From assembly GCA_026026165.1 (NCBI GenBank), contig JAPEUD010000032.1, forward strand, positions 186,001 to 238,964: 52,964 nt of DNA, in the 5' to 3' direction. Each line of letters begins with the position of its first letter. Position 1 is the first letter of the stretch. The position numbers and the translations under genes are program-made. This DNA is from Sarea resinae (lineage: Eukaryota). The notes under the pieces were generated by a model, which saw only the letters and a program-made list of their open reading frames with translations, was not told the DNA's origin and did not search any database. This document shows, one piece after another, positions 26,534-36,330 of the stretch.

Positions 26534-28515
26534 GCTGGAGAGCCAATGCCGCTGTAGTGGTCCGCGAGCAGAATTCAATACGCCCACGGTACCTAGCCTC
26601 TCGAAATTTGGCACACGGAAGATTCAGGCCGCCGGTGATAGACCTGGAGGAGGGAGAAGTAATTCCTGAAAGCAACTATATTTCGGACGACAACACTTCT
26701 ACCAGGCGGTGGGAGAACGAAGTCAACCGAAGCGACAGCCAACCAGCCTTGCCGTTGCGGAACGGGCCTCTCCCTGAGGGATTCAAAGCTTTAGACTGTT
26801 TCTTCTCGGATGGACTCCAACTTGATGACACAAAAGTTGTTGAAATTGACAATGGAGATTTCCTGAGGATTATTCATATTCTGCAGAATCAATTGACAAC
26901 CGAGGTGTTTTTACAAGGCAGGATTTTTCGCCGTGCTGACGCTAAGGGGTTAAGGGGCCTGGATCTGAGGTTGAATGAGGTTGTACAGATTGCCGAAGTG
27001 GAACTTGATGATGGTAGAGCTGAGGACGATCAGAGCATCGAAGGAATCCCGCTTTCAAAAGTCTTGAGGCTACGACAATTGATTCTCACGAATCAACCTT
27101 ACCCGTCGTTTAGTGTGGCAGAGCAGCGATATCAGTACAGAAACGCCACGCACGCGGCCGCGGAGGGTCCACTCGTCTGTCGCTGGAAGTCCACTACGTA
27201 CTTTAAGAATAGAAAATTGCGAGAAAAGCGGAAGGTCGACGAAGAATCCTTACAAGTTCTTACTGAGGAACAATCATCCAAGCATTACGGTGTTGATGAC
27301 GCGACTCTCCGTGAAATTTGGCGCGGCGTGACTATAAGAGGAGGAGCTTGCGACGGCATCTCGCTTGAAGAAAAGCGATTCAATAAGGAGGAAAAGAGAG
27401 CAATAAGAAATTTATCAACTCTGCATAGCTCTGGTAGGTCACATCAACCACATCAACAGAGGAGCACGTCGGCAGATTTGCTTGCTGAGATTGACTATCT
27501 GACATTTGCGCGTTCATTGAATCCAACGCTAAAGCGTCGGTACACTTTCGGGGATTGCTTCTGTGGAGTGGGCGGAACATCTCGGGGCGCAAAGGATGCT
27601 GGCTATCGCGTCCAGTGGGGGTTTGACTTTGATGCAACTGCGATCAATGCGTATTGCCAGAACTTCTACGAAACCACGGGTTACGGCATGGCAGCTCATG
27701 ATTTTATCACTATCAAGGATGATGTCAAGGTTGATGTTCTGCACCTTGGCCCACCATACCAGACACTCTCTCCAGCACACACTATAGAAGGCAAGAACGA
27801 CGATATGAACAGTGCCAGCTTCTTGGCTTCTCGGGAGGCCATCCAGAAAACAAAGCCACGAATTGTTACCTTCGAGAACACTTCTGGGCTACCCGAACGC
27901 CACACGCTTTGGATGGAATCTTTGATTGATTGCTTTACGTCGCTAGAGTTTAGTTTGCGGTGGAAAGTGCTTCATTTCGACCAGTATGGCTTGCCTCAGA
28001 ATAGGAAGAGACTAGTACTCTTTGCTTCGTGGTAAGTTCACATTGTGCTTATCTCTAAATTCCTTTTTTTAAACTGAAGGTCTATGCGCAGCCCAGGAGA
28101 GCCTTTACCAGACTTTCCCCTACCAACCCACACAAGCAACCCGGAGTTCCAACACGAGCGAGGTCTGGCCCCGTGCACAACCGTCAACCAAGCGATCGCA
28201 CCTATCCCCGCCAACTTCCCTAACCACGAGCCCGATGAAGCAATGCTCCGCACGGCGCCTAGCTACGACGGGGACAACCTCTTGCCCTACACTATCACGA
28301 CCAGCGGAGGCGGCAATATCCATCCTTCTGGCGCGCGGGACTTGACGCATCGGGAGCTGGCTTGCCTCCAGGGCTTTCCCCTCGAACACAAGTTCGGACT
28401 CGTGTGTGTCAAGAAGCAGATCGGGAATGCGGTGCCGCCCAGTGTGGCTAAAGTGCTTCTGGAACATATCAAGAAGGCGCTGAGGAAGGCTGATGGGATA
28501 GAACTTGATAGATAG
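26534..28515 (+). CDS. rid: RID/Masc1-family C5 DNA cytosine methyltransferase-like protein with catalytic Cys replaced by Tyr; 5' exon(s) unresolved
   Basis: Motif I 'FGDCFCGVGGTSRGA', motif IV 'VDVLHLGPPYQTLSPAHT' (family consensus recalled as LHLSPPCQ.FSPAHT), VI 'FENTSGL', VIII 'YGLPQNRKRL', IX 'RDLTHRELACLQGFP' and X 'KKQIGNAVPP'. Intron 28032-28091 restores 'ASCPGEPLP'. An acceptor (gctaat...ttgcag) ends at 26533, so an upstream exon is expected but was not located. Confidence 0.88.
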
Positions 28516-29015
28516 TAATGTATTTCCATCAATTAAATCTAAAGAGAATATACAAGCGCCGTCAACAACTAGAAATACCAGGTGACTTTCAACCCCACCA
28601 AAGTAGAGCAGCAATGACACCGGGCGGCCCCCACCCGATCCAAGCTTTAGTAAGATCCTGACGGATTACCTAGTAGGTACGCGGCCCTGCCCTGTCCGCC
28701 GTGCGTCATTGACAAGTGATTTCTATCATTCTTTTCCGCCTCACTCCCTCAACTACATTGCGATGCTCCACACGAATTGTTTGCCATTATACGCTGCGCT
28801 ATAACCTATGTTGTCTACATAAGGTACTCTAGTCTACCTTGATCTGTGTCAGTTGTACATTCGTGCGAGAATCAGCCCAATTGTCGTTGACACTTGCACA
28901 GTAACACACACTGCGGTATGCGATAGTGAATTTCCCTCGACAATAGCCTCGACTCAACACCCCTCTTGTAGATTCACCAGATGCGTTTCTGCCTCCTTTG
29001 AGAGACGAGGAAACC

Positions 29016-29731
29016 ATGTCTCTATTATCTTCATCCTGTAAGTGCGCCTGGCGACAATAGCCATTCACCGCGACGCCAAAGCACAATGCCCCACATGAAT
29101 TGACACCCTACAAATACAAGCATTCTTCTTCACAAACACGACCATCTCAAGTCGGTTCCCGCTTCCCTCATCAATAAGCCACGAGACAGGGCTCTCAGCA
29201 ATGCACGACCACGAGCTGCTAATCTGGCACACATTCGTCCCTCAGCCCATTTCTGTTGAGCAAAAAAAGAAGACGACAGCGACGGGAGACCAAGGTCTCA
29301 GTTACATTGTGCAGACGAAGGCAAAATCGAATGAGATCGAGCCGATGGTCGAGTTGATCGACGAGGTAGACGGGGTGGAGTGGCGAGAGAAGCTCCCATT
29401 GGGATTGGAGCTAAGGCTGCGATGGACCCTGATGAATTACAATGCTGACAACAGAGTCGAAGTTGTTGGCTCGAGCTCTCAGCTTGTCCACGATACTCAA
29501 AGGGGCTGTTGTACCTTGCTCGAAGAGAGAACTATCATTGCGCCAAGAGTACTGGCGTGGTTGATTAAATTCAAGGACGAGATGAATCCTAAGACACGCC
29601 GACTCATGCAACTACTCGAAATCCTTGGATCAGAAGATATATCCCTCGAGTTCATACGAGATTGCCAAGCCCGAAAACCTACCAACGAAGAAACTGCTTC
29701 TAGGTTTGACGATAAGTTCAAGGGTGACTAA
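29016..29731 (+). CDS. Small fungal protein, DUF7053-like
   Basis: Exon 1 is 29016-29037 (ATG...T|GTAAGT). Intron 29038-29120 (ttgac branch, AAG acceptor) joins in frame to give 'MSLLSSSSFFFTNTTISSRFPLPSSISHETGLSAMHDHELLI...'. The 'PLP..IS.E..L..HDH..LI' pattern resembles DUF7053-type proteins. Confidence 0.55.
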
Positions 29732-32297
29732 ATGAGATGACCTTAGAACTTAGAGTGAATACCTATCTAGTCTACTCGTCGAAATGTTGGAGTCTAATCA
29801 TGAAAAACACCATATTATTGAAGCATCGAGACTTTATGAACCACTAGGAATCACGCGTTCATTACTGTTAGTAGTCCATCAGTCTAACTTTCTAGATAGT
29901 CCAGATATTCCACACGGTCCGATTCATTCAGTTTATTGATCCAGTCTAACGGTCATAGAAATACTTTGACTATTTAGATCGCCAAGCTTTTTCAATTTCT
30001 ACGTAGCTGTGAATGCTTTTTGGACCATCAAGAGCATCGGTCCTTGCAAGCTACACTAATGGCACTAGCACACCGAGAAATTCGACTACACGAGAGCTTG
30101 AAGTATTGAGTGGTGCCTTTCATCGAGGTGGCAATTGAGGCCATTGAAGCAATTAACGATAACATTCGGATGCACGTGGCCAGACGCCAACACATTGCCA
30201 AGGTGGATATAAGGAGAAAATATTCCTTGGCTACCAAGGCAGACGCACAAGTACAACCTCTCTTCTCAACTACCTGAGTAAGAGTCGGGTCCGAGCATCT
30301 CCACCAAGGGTAGACATATCCGAGGAATGGCTTGCTTACACCTGCAATGTGATGATCGGCGAAGACGGCATTCTTCGAAGGGGCGACCTGCTCTGTTCGA
30401 AGCTGGGTAGCTCTAGGGCACTGGTGCTAGGCCCCTTCGTGTGGAGATCGCATTGGAGCTACGCGATGCTGCCGCTGTCTATCGGAGTGGCTTTCAAAGC
30501 ATTGCCACGGCTGGTTAGGACGGATACCTGTTTATTGCCCTAAGCTATCTATCACGAGCTTGGGATGAAGGGGACGTAGAGGCAGGATGCGATGTGACTG
30601 CAGAGCTACAAGACTACCTTGACGCAGCCTATGGGGCAAGGGCCCACAGAGGGGCGATGATCGCCCTAGGAAGGGGTCGAAATAGCTAAAGCGAAAGGGT
30701 GCAAGATTAGAGAAGTGCAAGTGTACGCCCAAATACAACGAGCTCGAGTTCCCACACATTGTGGAACAGCTATCAAGGAGGCCGACTGCTTGAGTCTCTG
30801 GAGGAGACTATCAGTGCCAATGGACCATTATTAGATCACTCTGTCACTGCCATACCCGCGCCATAGAACGGATGGAGAGTTGGGAGGAGCTGTCCGAGGA
30901 AAACCTGTTCTATGTCGGAGGAGAAATCACCACGCAGTATGCCTTTGATGGAACCTTTACCGATCTTGTGTCGGACGAGTGCGCAGGGAGGGTAATCGTC
31001 TATTCTTTCCAGAGCGGTGAAGAAATTGACCTGCCTGATTCCTTATGATCATGTTATCTTGCAAAGAGAATCGCAGCACTGAAAACAGAATCATAATACG
31101 CCGACAATTACTGTAAGGGGCTCTAGGAGGCTGTGCAGGAGCAGAGATGCTCCGAGGATACATATGCCTCTGTACTAATTACGCTTGAAAAGCATTCGCT
31201 GTCGCACGTACGTATAAGGAATAGGGTTTAGCTCTTACATGATCGCTTGACCAGTCGGATAAATGTTGGAATGCAAAGTGTGGGCCGAACAGAATGTTGT
31301 CCTTTAGAGGGTGTTCTTTAAATTCTTGTCGTCCGAATCTACTGCTTAACAATCATTCAAAACTCATCCCTCTTTAACATCCTCAGACAATTTACGTTAA
31401 ACCACAATCAAATCAATAGCATATAGTTAAAGGATATGAATCCCAAATAGCTGCTGATTATAAACAAGAGAAGGAGATGAACACGTATAAGATACAAATT
31501 ATGGTGAATGTCCTAACTAAAAGGATAAAATGGCTACATCCGCATCTCTGCCTTGAGAAGCCGCGACAACACCCGCCATCCCTTACTAAGGGCAGCCTTC
31601 ACCTCTTAATCAGTCAAAGAAGCGGTGATGCGGCCCTACATAGAGATCGGTAAACCAAGTCCTTTTGATGCTAGGTCTGGAGCAAAGGCAATGGGTCGCT
31701 CACGGCATCTACTATAAGACAACGCACGCGGAATTGTCATTTTCATTCTGTCGCGGAAAGCTGGTATACAGTATCTTCATGTAGAAGTACTTCTGGACAC
31801 TAGTCGACGGTGGTGAGAGGTTCGTCAGGATGCTTGAATTTTTATTCAAAGCTCTGTGAAAATTATAGCCTTATCGAGGGTTTATATAGTATAGTAGTAA
31901 TTAAGAAAATAATACCAAATGTTTGCAAAAGAAGAAAAGGAAGTCAATTACATAACAAAGTCGAAGGCCTCTCTTAAGAGCGTCTTACCCTTCAAACTTT
32001 ACTCACTCAACCATAGGGAGGCAGACTTCACGACGTTACGACGTCTTCGGAGCGTTGGGCATTCGCAGTCGCTAGATTGAACTATTGCTATTTTAATGGT
32101 TACCTAAGCTTGAATAAAGTTGTATTGGCCCTTTCGGTCCCTGGATCACCCGGAACCGAACCATGGCTGAGGAAAAGGTAAGGCTGAGGATAAGGCTGAG
32201 CGAGAGAGTGGGGAATGTCAACGCAATACCCCGCGGCTACGGCCTCGGCAGTACCCCACCACAGTCACGCATATTTGCGCTGCCTTCGAATTCAAAG

Positions 32298-33146
32298 ATG
32301 GCTCTTGTCAAAACCTATCTCCTCGCCCCAAACTTCAATTTTCGACCGGATGGACCCATCGCATTGGGGAACATCATCGCGAACCCCTTCAGACCACAGC
32401 GTATACTCACCGCCCCTGGTCCAAGCGCACCCCGGCCAGAGATCGAAAGCATCACCGAGTACGACTACCAAATCAGCCGAGGTAGCGGTCGCGATGTCCA
32501 ACTCGGCGTCTGGGCCACTTTCCTACAAACAGTCGGCGGGAACGTGGGACTGAAGAACAGCCACGATCTCCTCACCGAGTTCACCATGGACAGTATGGAA
32601 ACGCGCTATCTCAAACACGAACCCAGCGAGCAAGAAATCTCCGAGCGGGTCAGAGCCCCGCGCGTGCGAAACGTGATCACTTCTGGTACCTTTCGCTCCC
32701 AACCGGTCTACATGATTACGGGCGTGAAGATAGCAAAGGGGTTGAGGACGTCAAAGGAGCGGTCCTCGAACCGCGGCGGCGATGTGGGAGCTACGGTTCC
32801 TGTTTCGGCCGAGGTATCCGTGGGAGCGGGGATTGATCTATCCACTCGGAAATCAGAGAGGGATGCTTTTCGCGCTGGAGACGACGTCGTATTTGCGTAT
32901 CAGCTCATGAAGATCACGGAAAAGGGGTGGAGAGAGAAGAATCTGGTGGTCGATGATTATTATCCAAAGGCTGCGTATCTCAGTGAAGATTTCGAGGAGG
33001 AAAAGGATGAAGATGAGGTCATGGTGGCCTGTCCGCTTACCGTAGCCGATCTCCGCGAGATTGATGGGGAAGAGGTGGCCGTGCGGGGACTCGAATCGCA
33101 AGATGCTGACGGAGAGTGCTTGTGCATTGCTCCTGAAGATGCGTAA
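32298..33146 (+). CDS. Fungal gasdermin (HET-Q1/RCD-1-like pore-forming protein), 282 aa
   Basis: Motifs 'TYLLAPNFNFRPDGPIALGNIIANP..P', 'PVYMITGVKIAKG', 'DVVFAYQL..I' and 'YYPKAAYL', followed by an acidic C-terminal tail. Size and the adjacent S8 protease match the family. An upstream in-frame ATG at 32163 is an alternative start. Confidence 0.85.
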   Translation: MALVKTYLLAPNFNFRPDGPIALGNIIANPFRPQRILTAPGPSAPRPEIESITEYDYQISRGSGRDVQLGVWATFLQTVGGNVGLKNSHDLLTEFTMDSMETRYLKHEPSEQEISERVRAPRVRNVITSGTFRSQPVYMITGVKIAKGLRTSKERSSNRGGDVGATVPVSAEVSVGAGIDLSTRKSERDAFRAGDDVVFAYQLMKITEKGWREKNLVVDDYYPKAAYLSEDFEEEKDEDEVMVACPLTVADLREIDGEEVAVRGLESQDADGECLCIAPEDA

Positions 33147-33280
33147 GTCAAGCTATAATAGAAGATGAGATCACTGTGGTAGAGGCGGATAGAACAGAAG
33201 ACCCTGGGCAGCATCGAATTGAAGCCAAGATTGATATGAGATAGGATATATCTGCTATGTAGATTTCATCTCTTGCATAT

Positions 33281-36079
33281 CTACATACTGCTCAATGCTG
33301 CCTGTAAGATCCCCCAACGAGCCGAATCGTCTTCTCTAAAGTACTTCCACGGCGCAAGATAATAGCACCCAGGGTCACCTGTTGGTGTCGCCAAAGCCTT
33401 GAATATTGCACGCATGCCGCGTCGCGTCCGTAATTTCTCCCTCGCCAAGCGATATCCATGCTGGTCAGATCTCCAATCTAGGTCTCGTAGAATCATAGCC
33501 GCTATCCCTGCCGCGATTGGTGTTGCCACAGAAGTGCCTGACTTGCAAACCTCATCTTCGGAACTGCGTAATCCAGCAGACGGCACATCCTTTCCAAGGG
33601 TACCGAAAACAACGCCTTCATCTAGGTTTCGTGGGGGGTTGAAATCCGCAAAGACACCAGCACTATTGGTGCCGCGTATAGAGATGACAGAATCATGAAA
33701 GGCGGGAAACATCTCCTTCTCGTTTGCTCCATAGTTTGCCGCCGCGGCGAAAAAGAGGATAGCATCGTGTCTTTCATAAACCGCCCATCGTATAGCTTGG
33801 CTGATCGATGGCACTTCCATCGGAAAACCAAACGATAGTGAAATTATATCCACTTTCCATTCCTTAACCGCCCATTCGATAGCCTTCAACGGCCGTTAGT
33901 CCCTGCACACCCGGGGAATATGATTACTCACATCTGCTATTCTATCGGCGGCACCATGAAGACCTGCGGTGTCTTTTGCGACCCGCGCAACATATATATC
34001 TGCGGTAGGGGCTGTCTTCATGACAAGTGATACGACGTGTGTGCCGTGCCCATTGCAATCCTCTGGAGTTGGAGAATCGTCAACCCAGTCCTTCCATTCC
34101 TTTAAACGATTACTACGGCTCGGCGGATGGAAAAAGACAGCCTCGTCGTCGTAGCCGGTATCCAAGATAGCGACTCTAATAGGAGGCTGGCAGCTCTTCT
34201 GGGAACGGGCCAGACTAGCGTTGATTTTCGCAACATTTCGCAACCACTCGGCCGCTTTCTTGCTGTTGCATTCGTCAGCCAGAAACCACATAAAACTTCA
34301 GTAAATACCTTTCAAGGTTCACAAGTCTTTGATTCTGTGAGGAAAGATCAATAATCGACTGTGCTCGAGCCTGGGTATTGGCAGAGTCCTTTTCCATTTC
34401 CATCGGCCCAATTTTGGTAAGCTCATTCGACCATCCCGTCCCTGTGAGCAATTCTTCTAGTGGGTATACGACAGAACGATATAAAATTATCCTCCTCTCT
34501 TCTAAGCCATTCTGGTACTCCTCCTTCGACTGGCCGGGCAGAGAATCAGCGGAAGAAAAAACGTCTCGGTCCAAACAGGCTTTGACTGCTGTCCTATACC
34601 TTGAGTAATCAAAATTAGGCCATGGATTCTCTTCATCTGAGATTTTGCTGGCCATTGTCCAATCGCTATTGATGGTCCATTGCGGCGACTGGCGGTCTAT
34701 TTTTAGAGGATGTCCCAGGCCGATTTCAATGAGCATAATCCCTAATGCCAGAACTCTTGGATAGCGATGGATGATACCGTATGTGTGGCTACTTTCAGGA
34801 GCCTCTGAGCCTGCTTCGTCGAATCGTACGCAAAAGTAGGGTTTGTTTGCGTAAAGGGCGCTATCCTCGTCCAATCCAGGCACAGGCTCCTGCATAAAGT
34901 GGATGTTTTCGCCTGTCCACTTCGTTTTCATCCAATCAGAATCATAATACTGCCAGACTGATCTTGCCAAGGTGTACGCAAGAGCGACCTTCATTTTCGC
35001 TGTCAGATGGCGCGTCTCCAAGGCCGTAGTGAGCGAAACGCTTGGAGTATCCAAAATATTTTCTATTGGCTTGCAGGCCTCAAGTATCGTCAAGGTCTCG
35101 CCTTGAACTTTCATGCGGACTGTCGAACCAAGTCTGCCACTAATGAGACGGCAAAACTGGCCAGACCTTACCACTTCGCAGCCTTTTAAAGCGGAGCATG
35201 ACGGTCTCTGTTTATCGCTGAATCGAGCGGGAACGATGAGCTGTACGTCTTGCCATTGCACGACACGAGAGTTGGATGGCGGGGCAGGCGATGCAGAGAA
35301 TATCAAGTCGAATTGGACGGTGCCAATATATGGTGGATCCTGGCTTGCTCTCAAGCGCAACCTGGCCAGATGATGTTTAGTAGGAGCTCCCGAGGTCCCA
35401 CAGGTGCACGTCTGGTGATTTTGTAGGACAGTATAAGAGAGGTTGTTTATGTGATCAGGATAATCAAATGGTAATTCCACCGGCTTCTTTGTTGACGTCC
35501 ACGGTCCATCTGGGGTGCGTTTAAGCGTTCGCGACGCTTTCTGCTTTGAGAAATTTTGGATGAGGTCGATGAGTTGGTTTACCCGCGATGAGTGTTCCGA
35601 AGCAAAGGCTTCCAATCCACGTCGCACCGTCGATTCGGCTTCTCTGAACGAGGACGTCTCTCTGACTCCGGCAAGGGTGCGTAGCGCACGATACTGATCA
35701 TATCTATCATTCACTGGTCGTATTGCCCACTACAGAAGTCAGTCGAAGGGAATAAGAAAAAGCGAGGTGGGCAGATCCAAGCGAACGTTAGATCTAGGGA
35801 ATCTCTGGAACCGAATCTCAGCAGACGTACCGTGCAAACCATCTCGAGCTTTTTCAAAAGCTTTGGCATTCGACGTCGAAAGACTTCCTCCTGGTCGGGA
35901 GAGGTTGGACTGGCTAGTGTTTCATTCAAGCAGCACAGCTGAGCACCGAGGGCGGCGTAGAAACTGTTAACTTTCTCGACTCCGAGTCGCATTGCAATAT
36001 CGATGATCCTCGGAAACGCAACCTGCGCGAATTCCAATAGGTCCAACGAGTCCGCGTCTGAGTCCGAGTCCGAGTCCAT
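33281..36079 (-). CDS. Subtilisin-like S8 serine protease (HET-Q2-like) with a long N-terminal DUF7580-like region, ~867 aa, no signal peptide
   Basis: Exons 36079-35831, 35729-34309, 34262-33932 and 33883-33281 sum to 2604 nt in frame. The catalytic triad motifs are intact: 'VAILDTG', 'GHGTHV' and 'SGTSVATPIAAG', with oxyanion 'AAAANYG'. The N-terminal part has 'KVALAYTLARSVWQYYDSDW...W....IHF' and 'HRYPRVLALGIMLIEI'. The acidic N-terminus (MDSDSDSD) is not secretory. Confidence 0.9.
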
Positions 36080-36330
36080 TGCGATTCTCTAAAACCAACA
36101 TCACGGCAGTCGTTTGATGGCCAACCGTAACTTGTTCGTATCATACAATGGCTTTGCGAAGAGCGGGGTGGAAGTTGAGTGGAGGCTCTTCGGTTCGACA
36201 ATGCCGATCTTTCAGCCCCGTCAGCCCCACGCGCCGATCAAGCGGGGTGCCAGAGCTGACCGTTTTCACACTTTGGTCTGTGGAGTATGATCGATAATAA
36301 GAGCGCGCTTCATTGCTATGCTCGCGCAAG
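36080..36330. promoter_or_regulatory. Putative bidirectional promoter between the protease and NLR-like genes
   Basis: Only 251 bp separate the divergent ATGs (36079 on -, 36331 on +). No specific elements were identified. Confidence 0.5.

Noticed and set aside
26534..28515. Bacterial-type restriction-modification methylase or horizontal transfer
   Set aside because: It has spliceosomal introns and RID/Masc1-specific motifs (SPAHT, CPGE.LP), and there is no endonuclease nearby.
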